Shown in pieces: positions 1 to 13,348 of a stretch of 64,000 nucleotides of DNA; the first letter of the stretch is position 1; each line of letters starts with the position of its first letter. The translations under genes and the position numbers were made by a program. The stretch is from Octopus vulgaris (Eukaryota): the NCBI GenBank assembly GCA_951406725.2, contig OX597820.1, positions 81,158,001 to 81,222,000 on the forward strand. The letters are read 5' to 3'. The notes under the pieces were generated by a model. The model saw only the letters and a program-made list of their open reading frames with translations. It was not told the DNA's origin and made no database searches.

Positions 1-214
1 GTAATTTTATATGATAATCAATGGGATTCTTTATAAAGCCTCAGAGGCTACTAGTAGCAAAGTAGGAAGTTATTCTGAGACAGGATACCCAACTTGGATG
101 TTCACAACTGAATGGACGCTACTAAAGGCATCCAATGGTCAGGTAGTGATATTAAACTGGATGACAGATTAAATCTACCAGCCAAGAATAGAAACACTTA
201 CTTCAGACAACTTC

Positions 215-358
215 CAAAATGTTTCTGTCAAGCAAATTCCATTCACAAGGTTAAGGTCAACTCAAAAGCTATGGTACATAACACTGGCCCCAGACACCAT
301 GCAGTAGGATTGAACCTGAAATCATGTGGTTGTGAGCTTAACCACAACCATGCCTGCT
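215..358 (-). mobile_element. Degraded 5' (tRNA-like head) fragment of the SINE family seen at 2974-3378
   Basis: Similar by eye to the head region of 2974-3378 (ccatgcagtaggattgaacctgaaatcatgtggttg ... accacaaccatgcctgc). Confidence 0.65.
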
Positions 359-2932
359 TCTATTCCTTGGCTATGCAAAGGATTAAAAATGAAGCATTTA
401 TTTATAGCAAATTTGAACAAAAGTTGCAAGTTCAATTCTTGATCTAGCTGAAGAATATCTCCTGCAGAAAGACTGGAGAAAATTACAACTGAAATGTTGT
501 TAGCAGCGAATCCAAGACAAAGAAAATAATCTGTGAGACAAACATCAATAGAAAGTATTATGAAAAACTCTTAAGCTTATCTTTCAATCATTTTGTCATG
601 TTTATTTTCAAATACTTATACACTTTGTTCTGTTTTCTTTGTTTCTGTGCTTATCTGAATATTATACTTCTTAGATCATATGAAGAACAACTGATGTTCA
701 ACATTTGATTACACTTTTGAATAATCTACACAAGAATAAAAATTGCTTATAAATGCAATTTTATTTGGCCCAGCAAGATATTTTCTAAGTACATTATTTG
801 ACAGAAGTGCAATAGATATTAGCAATCTTCACCAAACATCACAACTTCTTAAGAATATTAAGCACTTTGATATTTGGGTTTCTATTTATTTATTTATCTG
901 GTTTAGAATAATAATTTTCATCTTGTTTTAATGTTTTATACCTTTTTGCAATATTGGAGCTACCTTATTTAATAGCAGCAATCTTCTCTCATAAGAAAGT
1001 AAAACCTTTTGATAGTTAATCCTATCCATATTTAAGATTTTTCACTACTAAACAGCTTTCTTTTTAAAACCATTTTTATTATTAATTCTTCCAAGTTACT
1101 TTTTGACATAACTTTCAACCTTCTGCTGATATCTGCTAATATGCTGAAGTTTATTGCTGTACCATTTAGAAAGTTTATTGAAGCTAGCACATAAATAGTT
1201 GGCAGATAAATCTTAGTGTTCTTGTTCTTGAGAATAGATATTATTCATGTGTCATTTTTAGTTTCTGAAACAGACACTACTTAAATACCTTGTAAACATT
1301 TTACAGAATGCTAGTCAGGTATTTTAATCAAAGTCTAACTTTGAGTATTAATTCTTAAGGATAAATTGTAAGACATTGTGAACTTCAGTCATTACCTGGT
1401 TAATTTTTTTTAAGTTCATTTCTTTTTATTTGTTGCATGTTTTTTTTAAAGATTTTATTTTTTAAACTTAATTACTATTGAACACCTGATTTAATTACTC
1501 TAAGATACTCAATTACTTTATGTTTGTGCCTAGTACTCTGAAAGGTTGTGTATTGAAAGTCTCAGAATTTGCTTATATTATCTTAGTTTTATCAAGTAGG
1601 AGAAAGGGCAGTATCCAAAATCCTGTGCTTTTTCAGAGTCACCAACATTCAAAGGAAGAAGTTAATCTTTAATCCACAGACATATCCCAAATGTTTACAA
1701 CAAGGTGAACCTCACTAAAAACACCCAAGAACCAAATAGTATTGTGTGCATCTTTTTTTAACTTTGAAATCCTGTTAATTTCTGTTAGCCCTTTTCAGTA
1801 ATACTTTTGTTTTCCAAAATAAGCTAATTTGTGAACATTAGGCTTGTATTTCTACTATAGATTCTCAATGTTGAGATGTTAGGGACTTCATTTTCATTTC
1901 CATCAGCAGAGGTTTTTTTTTTCCCAGATGCAGCAGTGTATGAGATTTTATTTCCACAGGGGTCTCTATTTCAAACGTGATAACATGTCTTAAAAGTAGA
2001 AATTTGTTTTCCCAAAACTTTTGATGAGTTTTATTAGATATAATAACTTAAAAATTATACAATCTTTCGCAGTCATCCAAGTTTACAGTGACAATACTTA
2101 ATTAGGAACTAGGGAAACTAATGTGTCAGGAGAGTAAATGTGGAATCTGATGGAAGGTAACTGTTGATAGAGCTGAAAGACAACTGCTATCAATGTAAAC
2201 TAAGAGCCCGTTAAAATCAGTATTGTAGAAGGTTATTTTGATTATCTGTAAACTGGTTGGAAAGAGGCAACATTGCCAGAAAACTTAGAAACAAAGTTCA
2301 TAGTTAATATGCATAGCTACATTTCGTTCCAACATATGCTGCATTTTGGGTTCAACCTGTCTTCTGAACTGAAATAGCTACAATATAACTTGACAACTTT
2401 TAACAAATATGAGATACAGCTTAAATCTGGAGGATTCAAAAGTATTTCCTAATATAATAATGAGCGTAGTGTTTTTATATATTTGTATAAATATATATTT
2501 GTCTAAAATCATGCAGTAGGAGTGAATGGTGAAGGGAGAGGAGAGAAAATAGTAATTCAGTAAAGGAGAAGTAGTGAGAGCAATAGCGATGATTGAGAGG
2601 GAGTGAGAGAAGGTAATAGCAATGAGAGAGAGGAAGTGGCAAAGAGAGCATCATGTATCTTCTACTATAATAATACACTTGTGTATTTCTCTGTCACAAC
2701 ATATGAATGAGAAAGGAATGGGTGATCCACTTATGAAAGTGGGATGGTGAAAAGTCATCGGTGAAACAAAAATCAAACAGCGCTTCAACTCTGTGTGAGT
2801 ATATATGTGTGCATGTAAAGGAAGGAATGTGAATGTTTGTTTAAAATATATTTATATATTTGAGTGAGTGTATATGTTTGTGTATGTTTATTTAGAAATA
2901 TACATAGAAAATAGAATTACAGACACATGCAC

Positions 2933-2973
<41 letters not shown>

Positions 2974-2975
<2 letters not shown>

Positions 2976-3378
2976 CTCTTTTACTGTTTTACTTGTTTCA
3001 GTCATTTGACTGTGGCCATGCTGGAGCACCGCCTTTAGTCGAACAAATCGACCCCAGGACTTATTCTTTGTAAGCCCAGTACTTATTCTATCGGTCTCTT
3101 TTTGCCAAACCGCTAAGTGACGGGGACGTAAACACACCAGCATCGGTTGTCAAGCAATGCTAGGGGGACAAACACAGACACACAAACACACACACATACA
3201 TATATATATATATACGACAGGCTTCTTTCAGTTTCTGTCTACCAAATCCACTCAGAAGGCTTTGGTCGGCCCGGAGCTATAGCAGAAGACACTTGCCCAA
3301 GATGCCACGCAGTGGGACTGAACCCGGAACCATGTGGTTGGTTAGCAAGCTACTTACCACACAGCCACTCCTGCACCT
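2974..3378 (-). mobile_element. Full-length tRNA-derived SINE with CORE-like domain and internal (TA/CA)n tract
   Basis: Minus strand starts aggtgcaggagTGGCTGTGTGG (A box) ... GGTTCAGTCCC (B box), followed by CORE-like catcttgggcaagtgtcttct. A highly similar copy lies at 18264-18683. Confidence 0.9.
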
Positions 3379-5724
3379 ATACATATATATATATATATAT
3401 ATACATAGACACACTTAAAAAGGAAGTGGGCAGTGAGAAAGTATAGAAAACTGCATTCACTACAGACTGTGCTTCTCATACATATAAATGTATACACATA
3501 CATGCATGTACACACACACGTGCACACAGCTGAAGCACTGTTTGATTCTTTTTCACCTTTTTATATATAAAATACTACAATTAGCTGTCATTTTTGACGA
3601 TACAGGGCCAGCTAGTTAAGGAATAAGATGCTTCAATAACAAATCAGCAATGACCTTTTTCATAGGTCACCATGGTGCAAGGGAGGGAGTAAAGAAATCT
3701 TCAGACTGAAGACCTGGCCTGAATGCTTGCAACAGAGAGGACTCTACTAAGGTTGCTCAAGGACCAAAGTGGCAAAATGGTAGAATTATTAGAGCATAAA
3801 ATAAAATGCTTTGTGGAATTTGTTCCAGCTCATTGTTTTTAGGGATAAAATTTTATTGAGGTCACTTTTGTCTTTCAACCTTCCATAGCTAATAAGTAAA
3901 ACTCCAACCCAGAATGATGGATTGATAAAATTGTCTGGGCAACAGACGGGATAACTTGTGGTACTTGTTCGGGCTGTTTGTTTTATGAGTTCTTGAGTGG
4001 TACACAAAATTCATCACCCAGTTTTAATGCCACGACCAAGTCTTTGGGCACCTCTGTTGTTCAGAGATTAGTGTTAGACTTCTATGAGTCTAACTCGTTG
4101 AACAAAAACAGGGTCAATGACACTACACTTTTCTCACTAAGTGGTAAACAAAAGGTGATGTTATTAAACCTGGGTAACAGCTTAAGTCAAATACAAGAAA
4201 GAGTTGGGAATATATGGCAAACACATGAGAACAAGAGATAAATGTCTATACTTCTTAAAAAAAAAATATTGAAATTAAATATGGAGGCAAGTCATTAGGA
4301 TTAATGAATAACAAACTGCAGATATCGAATTCATTCAAGACACAAAAAGCAGGAAGGGGTCTAAAACCAATCTTACACTTTTAGTGAACCAAAAACAAAA
4401 GGAAGTCACTTGTTATGTTGAAATGAATAAAATACTAAAGCAGCAAAACTGAATTTACTTTATAGTCAATTGAAGAAAGTAAGATTTAGAAATATGCAAA
4501 AACAACAGCAATGAAATATAACATGAAATTAAGTAACCTGACAATCATGAAAGAGATGGAGGGAAACAGAAATATTTTAATATTGGAATGTTTGGTGCTC
4601 TTAACACCACCAGTCCAACTGATCACATCACAAACAAAAATGTTTCATTTACAAACTTAGTTATTTTAAATAAGAATACAGGAGTTTTAAATGTCAAGAT
4701 AAAATATATAACTATAAAAGTACTACTCCAAACTTATTTAATTTGTAAAATATATGAAAGTGAATGGTAGTGTTCCTGAATGAGAAATTTGTGATTCTTT
4801 GCTCAGAGGAAAATAACCAGAAATTTTTTGTTTTATTAGGTGCTCTAAGAAGTTAGTGTTTATATCTTCATCAAACCCTATAAGATGGAATATTCAAGGA
4901 GAGTTGAGAGAAGTTTACATGGTTATAGGCAGTAAGACATGTAGAATTTTGCATTTATATATTTTCTCCTATTGAATTAAGAATTTATAAGAAATATTGA
5001 TCTAATTTATTCCATGTGTTCATTTGATAGAATTATTTAGCCTTGAGCTAACTTGACTTTTTTCATAGAAAATCAGTTCTATAAATTTTTCCAGGAATGA
5101 CTTGTCAAAGTGTTTAAATTAATATTCTTGGTGAACAAAGATGTCACCAGTGAAACTTCTGTTGAATTGGTAAAAAGAATGTAGAACACAGCATGCTGAT
5201 AATTCTAAAGTGTAATAAATAAATTGACTGTCAGTATTTCTCAAAATTAAAAACCATAATTTATAATTTTGTATGACAGCTTCCCAAAAGAACAATGATT
5301 TTTTAAAATTCTTTAATCAGAAGGAAGCTTACTGGCCCATGATTCTTTTCAGAGCCTCTGAAATTGGTGGCAGGGAGGATGGTATCCTCAAACTAGAGAC
5401 CTGGCCTTGCGATGGAGTAAAATCCATGTGGTAGTGTTAAACAATGCACTGAGGCAAGTCTACCACCTCAGCAAGATACGATGGGATTTGAACTCAAAAC
5501 ACAAAGAATCCACAACAAATATTGCAAGGCATCCTGTCTAATGCTCTAACAATCATGCTAGTTTACTGCCCAAAACAAAATAAGACACTCCAGTCCATAC
5601 TTCATGATTGAGTGATTAGCAACAGGAAGGTTATGCACATATATATGCATATATGTGTGAGTATGTATATGAAATATCTGTAGGTATACATGTATGTAAG
5701 GGAGCTATGTGTGCAAGTATAGTT

Positions 5725-6245
5725 TGTTAAGGTATACATAAAAATAATCAGGAACAAGGATGTGTCAGTGTATTGTTTATTTCACTTCAATCAGCTGTGC
5801 TGTGAGGTTAAGTACAATTGGTCATTTAAATCCCCAAACTCTTTTACTGCCTAACCAGAAGTCCCTTCTTTGTGGATCAGCTTGCTAGTTAGCTTGCAGT
5901 GAAGGCCCCTGTTTACAGTTCACCTGTTATGAGTCCATAGGCAGTGCCCTACATATAGCTCTCTCTTAGATCTGTTGACTGTCACTGAAACCGGGAATGT
6001 ATTTTAACCACCCTGTCCATGTATGTAGTTACTTGGCTCTTTGGCAACTGTTCATAGTCAGGGGTTGGTGTGACTTGCCCAGGGTGGCCTTTGGTGGTTG
6101 AGCTACTTGCACAGGATGTCAATATCAAGATGGGCCCACTTCAATCTACTGTTGGAAACTAAATCTTGTTGTCTGCCAATCAGGAGTTGAAATGACTTGT
6201 CTCCTGGATGTATCACTTCATATGGGCCATCATATGAAGGGTTAT
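5725..6245 (-). mobile_element. Gypsy LTR-retrotransposon 3' remnant: integrase C-terminus, polypurine tract and 3' LTR (5725-5953)
   Basis: ORF 6103-6384 contains PSYDGPYEVIHPGDKSFQLLIGRQQDLVS..RLK.AHLD (GPY/F module). Downstream on the minus strand are purine-rich aagagagag and a TGTAGGG...TTAACA segment containing AATAAA. Confidence 0.7.
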
Positions 6246-6659
6246 TGTTGTCAGTAGTTCCAGATAGCTGTATTTCAATGACTCCTAGCAGTTGTCTAAA
6301 GAACTGTGTTATTGTTGCCACCTTCATTGTATCTAGTGTAAAATACGTACTAGTAATTAGGATTTGAAACTTTTTCAAAGTCACTACACTCAGTAAATCA
6401 AACAGCTATATTACAGCTTTTGAGTTATAAATTAAATAAAAGAAATCTTTTTCCATCATGCTGAGAATCATGGTTTCTCAGAAATCTAACTGGTAAACAA
6501 CAAATAACTTCACTGAGTTCAATAGAAAGAACAACCAAATATAAGAGAGAGAGAGAGAAATAGTAAGTGTATGTTTAAGTACATGTATGAGAAAATGTGT
6601 GTGGGTAAACTTGTGTGAGTATATATGTGTATGTGAACATGTGTGTAGTGTTCTAGAGC

Positions 6660-7000
6660 TCCAATGCAGATATCATATACCTTGACTTCAGCAAAACCTT
6701 TGATAGGGTTGATCACTGCATCCTGTTAATGAAACTGTCCAACATTGGAGTCCGAAGAAAATTGTTAACTTGGACTAAATGTTTTCTCAACATGTGGTGA
6801 CAGATGGTGTCCAATCGACCTCAGCCAGGGTTATAAGTAGAGTCCCACAAGGCATGCTCCTTTTTATAATTTATATTAACGGCATCACTGTCATCATCAA
6901 ACATAGTAGCATGCATATTTTTGTGGATGACTCTAAGTTACTGGAGGTTGTTGACAGGGTTGAAGACCAGACAAATCTTCAATCTGTGGAGTGGAAGAGA
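6660..7000 (+). mobile_element. CR1/L2-group LINE reverse transcriptase fragment (broken)
   Basis: Translates ADIIYLDFSKTFDRVDHCILLMKL, SRVPQG, LFIIYIN and IFVDDSKL (RT motifs) across frameshifts. Confidence 0.85.
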
Positions 7001-7439
7001 TAACAGGAGGCACAGAAAGGGGTGATCAGCAATGATAATGTAGGAAGGAATGAAAATGAGAATGAAGGATGAATGCTAATAGGCAGTGTTTCCAGAGGAA
7101 GAAGGAAGCAACTGATAGCACAAAAATGCTTCTGCTCTCAGATGATAACTACAGCTAAAGGGGGATGGAGGAATGGGTGTTGTGAGGTTGAAACATAGGG
7201 AATGAGGCTGATTTGGTAGAGGGACAGGCTCCAGCACATACAAGTATAAACAAAATATTCTTAGGACTTCATTTTCACTGTGATGGACAGGGCTTTTTGA
7301 ACACAGCAAATCACTAATCATTTTGGTTTTTTTGTCATTTCCTCCATGAAACTCAACATCTTGACCAGTGGCTTTTCCTGTCATCTTCTATTGCATTTCT
7401 TCCTGGCTCTCTCTCTCTCTCTCTTCCACAAATGCCATC

Positions 7440-9050
7440 CATTTTAAGCAATCAGCACTTCTTCATACAGCTGTTCTCATCCATATGCAACACATGATCA
7501 AACCAGTGCAGTCTTTTCTCTTGCATGCTACATCTGATTGCACTTATGCATGACTTTTCTCTCAATTTATTTTGATGTACATGCATATTGACACTACACA
7601 GCCAACTAGCTTTGTTTCTCTCTAGTCTTTGCATTTCCTCAGCATTCAGAGCCCATGTCTCACTACCATGTAGCATTACTGTTTGTATACGAGCATAGAT
7701 CTGCCTTTCACTCAAAGAAATCTTTTGTTGTCAACAGAACTTTCTCCATCATATTCTTATTCTAGCAACTATACTTTCTATTTTCAGAACATCCCCCTCC
7801 TCTGCTAGTTAGATCACCTATGTAACAAAAATTTTCTACTGGCTTTAGGGAGCCTCCAGGGCATTTGAGAAAATCTATTTCCTGTGACCCATAAGTGTTT
7901 ATCACTCCTTCATACCTTCTACATACAAAGGCTGCTTTCTCTGCTAACCTTCCAGTGATTTGATTGCACCTCTTGTGTATTCATAGCTTGCACTGGTACA
8001 CTATATGGAATTTCTGCCTACACCATTCCTTCATACTGAGCAAGGCTCTTTACCTGATAGATGTAGAGTCCTTTTTGTTTTCCTGCTTACTAGAAGTTTG
8101 GTCTTTGCTATGTTAACATTAAGGCCCTTTGATTCCAGGTTTTGCTTCCACACTAGGAATTTCTTGTCTAATTCTACTAATTCTGCAAGAATGAGATCAC
8201 AGCTGGTCTTGAATTCTTCTGTTATGACTTGGAGGACAACTATGAATAGGAGGAGACCCAAAACTGAGTCCTGATAAATTATCTATACACTAAATTTGTC
8301 ACTATATTTGTGGTTGACTCATTTTATTGACAGCACTTCTGTATATAGCTTGGACAGTTTTCACCAGCCATTCATCTACCCCAGCTTCCTTAGGAACCAC
8401 TAGATGACAGAACAAGAGACTTTTCTGAAGGCTTTTCTGTGTCAATGAGTGCCAAGTACAAATAAATACTTCTCTTGCTGTTGTCTTACTAAGAGAATGA
8501 CATCAGTGGTACTTCTCCCTGGCACAAAACTAAACTGCAACCCATCTAACCTAATACTGTTCCAAATGAATTAGGCTGTAACTCACTCAATAACTTTCAT
8601 AACCTGGTCCAGCAATTTTATACTTCAGTAATTACTTCTATATAAGGCATCTCATTTACTCTTATAACAGTTAACTATAATGCTGCCGTACCAGTCACTT
8701 CCTATACAACCTGATTAATTATATGGATGACTAAGTAGAATCCTACTTTGACAGATATTTTAAGTATCTCAGTGGCGATTCTTGATGGACCAGTGGCTTT
8801 TCCTGTCATCGTATCCTTAATTGTCTTATCTGTCGTACTGTTGTCAACTCAAGTAACTGGTCCCTCTGTTGGGTCCATGTTGAGAAGAGCCTCTTTTTCC
8901 CAAACATTCTCTATAAATAGCCTTTCAGAGTAGCATTCCTATGCATCTTTCTTTTCAGCATAACTAAATGTAATGATACCATTATCCATCCATACACACT
9001 TTTCACCTACACTGTCTTGCAATTCAGAATTTCTCACACTTCTGGTCCTC
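7440..9050 (-). mobile_element. RTE-clade LINE fossil (RT and C-terminal region)
   Basis: Minus-strand peptides MTGKATGPSRIATEILK, LLFIVVLQVITEEF, WKQNLESKGLNVNIAKTK, a PCSV..C Cys cluster and VMLHGSETWALNAEEMQRLERN; many stops and frameshifts. Confidence 0.85.
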
Positions 9051-9124
9051 ACACTACATAAATACATACACACATTTGTGTGTATATCTATTTATGTCTG
9101 TATGTATGTGTGTGTGTGTATAAT

Positions 9125-9520
9125 CTTCATTTAATGCCTTCTTTCCATGCTGGCATGGGCTTTGGCATGGGTTTCACTGAAAACTGGCAAGTTGGGGAGC
9201 TGCACCAGGTTCCAGTCTGATTTGGCATGGTTGCCCTTCCTAACACCAACCACTTCAAGAGTGTAGTGGGTGCTTTTTATGTGAGACCAGAACACGGTGC
9301 CATTGATGTAACACTGGCATTGGCCACAACTACATTTTCACTTGGTTTGACAAGTCTTCACAAGCACAATATATCGCCAAAGGTCCTGGTCATCTGTCAC
9401 TGCCTCCATGAAGACCAATGCTTGAATGATGCTTTTTACATGCCACCAGCACAAGTACCAGTCAGACGGAACTGGCATCGGCCACGACTACGATTTCACT
9501 TGGCTTGACAGGTCTTCTCA
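9125..9520 (-). mobile_element. RTE-associated 3'UTR repeat (family A), degraded
   Basis: Shares ttccatgctggcatggg / cccttcctaacaccaaccac / gtgggtgctttttatgtg with other copies, and carries the RTE ORF end (gagaagacctgtcaagccaagtga on minus). Confidence 0.75.
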
Positions 9521-10100
9521 TGTATTTGTGTACATCAGTAATATATAAGTGCATGTGTGTGTGTGTGTGGAAGGGGGTGGTCTGTCTCAAAAACTCCCAA
9601 GTTGAGTAACGTTTTCATGCTTGGATTTGTAAACTACAATAAGAATAACACTGGTCTACAAAGAATTTATCCGAAGAAAAAGAATATCTGTATCTTATAT
9701 GTTTTTGTGAAATGTTCTTAATTAGCAACGCACCTTTTATTATTAATGCTGAATTACTGATTATATTTACACTAATTAATGTTGGGAGAAATTAACCTTA
9801 ATTTGCAATAAAAACACTTTTAAAGATAATAAGAAATGTTCGAAGAACCCAAATGTTGAAAAAGTTAATATTATGTTGGAAGAAATACACACACATACAT
9901 TTGTTTCCAAACTTAATTTCATGGTGGGTGGGAAAAAAATTGTTTTGGATCAAAGAAGGGAAAAGTGGAGATGCGAGGTCACGCTTGGGTTTGTTTGATT
10001 CCCACACACACATGATAAAGAAAAGTATATTTGAACAACTTATAAATATTATCTACCATGAACAATATATATATATTGTTTATGGTAGAAATATATACAT

Positions 10101-10160
<60 letters not shown>

Positions 10161-10334
10161 CATGGTAGAAATATATACATACATATATGTACACTGATTT
10201 GTTCTGCTTTTTTATGTTTAACCCTACAGTCTCTTATGTGGTGGTTTAATAAAGTATGTGATTGAGTATTATCTGGTAATTGATATTTGATTTAGATGTA
10301 TTTCTCCATTTTCTTATCTTGTATACATATATAT

Positions 10335-10702
10335 ATCATCATCATCATCATTTAGCGTCTGCTTTCCATGCTAGCATGGGTTGGACAGTTCAACTGAGGT
10401 CTGTGAAGCCAGAAGGCTGCATCAGGCCCAGTCTGATCTGGCAGTGTTTCTACGGCTGGATGCCCTTCCTAACGCCAACCACTCCGTGAGTGTAGTGGGT
10501 GCTTTTTACGTGCCACCCGCACAGGTGCCAGACGGAGCTGGCAAACGGCCACGAATGGATGGTGCTTTTACGTGCCAACGGCACGGGAGCCAGGCGAGGC
10601 TGGCAACGGACACGAGCAGATGGTGCTTTTACGTGCCACCAGCATGGGGGCCAGGCGAGGCTGGCAACGGACATGAACGGATGGTGCTTTTTATGTGCCA
10701 CC
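10335..10702 (-). mobile_element. RTE-associated 3'UTR repeat (family A) with (GAT)n tail and about 4 internal ~62-bp units
   Basis: (CAT)n on plus, then the conserved body. ggtgctttt(t)acgtgcca recurs near 10498, 10561, 10622 and 10684. Confidence 0.85.
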
Positions 10703-10764
10703 AATATATATATATTGTTCATAGTAGAAATATATACATACACACACACACAAATATATATAAA

Positions 10765-10965
10765 GTTAATCCAAACATAAAAACACAACAATGCGAGGAC
10801 GTGGAACAAATATAGTATTATTGGATGCTCAGGAAGGAAGGGAAGAGGGAGGGTTTTACGTTTCAAGTGGAGCTCTTTGTCAGAAACATAGGAAAAGGAA
10901 AGATCCAGAGAAGGGAAGACGGAGGAAAAAAATCGCCAACGGTACACATGCGGTCACATTTTGAA
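10765..10965 (-). mobile_element. ~200-bp dispersed repeat, probably a Penelope-like pseudo-LTR fragment with a minimal hammerhead motif
   Basis: Second copy at ~48128-48340; both are flanked by (TA)n. Hammerhead-like core at 10853-10887 on minus. Confidence 0.7.
10853..10887 (-). ncRNA. Minimal type-I hammerhead ribozyme motif (G8->A in this copy)
   Basis: Minus: GTTT CTGACAA A GAG-CTCCA-CTT GAA ACGT A AAAC; stem I GTTT/AAAC, palindromic stem III ACGT, GUA triplet. Confidence 0.55.
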
Positions 10966-13096
10966 TATATATATATATATATATATATTGTTTATATATA
11001 CACCACATGTACTTTGGACATTGGTTTCTGTGGAAGTTTTCTTCCTTAGAAGCTTCGTTGTCAGGACAAAGTTATAGAATTTAAAAGAAACATGGAAGAA
11101 TCGCGATGGAGTGTTTGTTCTTACTCATTTAAGAGATGCATGATTGTCACACAATTCCACCTCAGCCATGTCTTCATACAGACACACACACACCCAACTA
11201 TACTTTATGTAAGTCTGTGTTTGATATACCTGGTGTGGATAACCAGCCAAATCGAGAGCAACCTTGGTATTTAATATATGTAACAATACAGTTATAAGTA
11301 CCACCAGGGCACAGGTACCTATACATCATGTAAGTTTATGCTCAATATAACCGGCATGGGTTATATTGTAGGTTACCTTGGTAATTAATATATATAATAA
11401 TGCAATTATAGATGGTTTTATGTTTGTCACAATGATATGTACCACCAGGGTGCCACCAAGCTTATTGAATATAAGATGGCTGTTTTTCCTGAGATGTATA
11501 TTAAATAACATACAGATGTCTGTACTTTGTGTAAGTTTGTGCTCAATATAAACAGGCGTAGATAGCCAATCAAGTTGGGAGCCAACTTAGTATTTAAAAT
11601 GCTAACACACAGAAGCATGGGAAAATATGTAATATACTAACACACAGAAAAATTAAAACAAAACACGTGGGTGAAAAGAATCATGTAGTGTGAAAAATCA
11701 ACATAGACAACGGCAGCACAAACAACAGTGAACCACAATGCAGCATATGGTTGTCATGGTAACAAGCTGCTAATGCCACACTGTCTGTTGGTTGGCTAAA
11801 ATTACCCAAATTTCCTAACTTTAATGCCAAATAACATCAGATTCTTTAATTTATGAGATAAAGTAATTGGTTGATCGTAATCAAAATTCAGAGTTGCATC
11901 GACACACCAAAATTGAAAGTGATCTGAACAAAATTAAGGGGGCTCAATTTGCAAATGAGAAACACTAGATCCTTTTAATATCTTATTTTAACTTTGATTT
12001 TTTACTTTCCTTCCAGTATTGGGACCATTACCCTCTTATCATAACCAATGGTTATTGGTAGTGTTATTTCTGTTACTATTTTGGAAGATTATCATACTGT
12101 TATTTTATTAATATTATTGGTATTGATCTTGATGTAGTTGATGTTGATAACAGCACATTTGAATTATCTTGCTTCCATTTCAAAACTATTCCCTGAGTAT
12201 ATGGTTCTTATTCATTGCATAATAGTGGCATGTTGTAAAAATTTCTGAAGCAACTGTAGGAATGAAAAATTGAAATATCACTGACGTTGTTTACTGTTAT
12301 TCTTTGAAATGTATTTGGAACTATGCATATGTTATAACCTATTTTGACAGTGTAGGCTGTGCTTTAATGGAACTGGGTATTTGTCAAGTATCCAAATCCC
12401 TTTGTAACACAGAATACAATTATCAGCATTTAATGTCTCTTTTACCATGTTGGCATGGGTTGGACACTTTGAGAAGAGACAAGCCAGTGGACTCTGCCAG
12501 GTTCTATGTCTACTTTGACATGATTTCTACAACTAGGTACTCTTCCTAATGCCAATCACTTAACAGTGTACTGGGAGCTTATTTTTTTCTTTTGTCTTGC
12601 AGGGACTTGGCAACCTCACTGGTTGCCAAGTACCTGCAAGATAAGACCCCTTAACTGAGCAAGGTATAGACTGGAGAAAGAAACTACGATAGAGGGAGAG
12701 AAGCAGATTTCTTGCTGAAGAGATGAATACACGGCTTACTCACCTGGAAAGTGAAAGAGAGAAAGGAATAAAGAGATATGAGGTCCTAGTACAATGTGAA
12801 TATGAGACAGAATAGGAAGTCCTCTGAGTGAAAATAGTGTAACTGATGATTAGGGATAGGGAATGAGCTAGATGCTGAGGATATAGGTTCAGTATAGGGA
12901 GAGGTGAAGAAAATAGAAGATGAGCTGCGGAAGAAGGCTAGAGGTAGTGAATGAGAAGAATGTAGAGGATATCAATTCAATGTAGTGAGAAGTGAAAAAA
13001 ATATACATACATAAATATTATTATATATCATATATATTACACATTTTAAATATAATATCATATATATATATATATGATGATGATGATGATGAAAAT

Positions 13097-13348
13097 AAAT
13101 AAATGTGCCCTTTTAAAGCCAAGCCAGGCTCATGGGCCTGGTTTCCCAGATTCAATGGCGTACATGCTCCCCAGCTGTACGGGATGCCAGTCCATTGCAG
13201 CGTTACTCATTTGTGCCAGCTGAGTGGACTGGAGCAATGTGAAATGAAGTGTTTTGCTCAAGAACACAACGCGTCGTCAGGTCCAGGAATCAAAAACACA
13301 ATCTTACAATCATGTTGCTGACACCCTAACCACTAAGCCATGCACCTC

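Noticed and set aside
440-512. CTGAAGA ... GAAATGTTGTTA hammerhead-like words
   Set aside because: No convincing stem I and a long unpaired segment before GAAA.
9798-10197. ORFs rich in YI/HT/CV repeats (also 13254-13970, 21141-21419, 49166-50533)
   Set aside because: Translations of (TA)n/(CA)n microsatellites, which lack stop codons.
10280-10947. Overlapping 69-165 aa ORFs (LRLDALPNANHS type)
   Set aside because: Chance readings of family A repeats; the same peptides recur wherever the repeat occurs.
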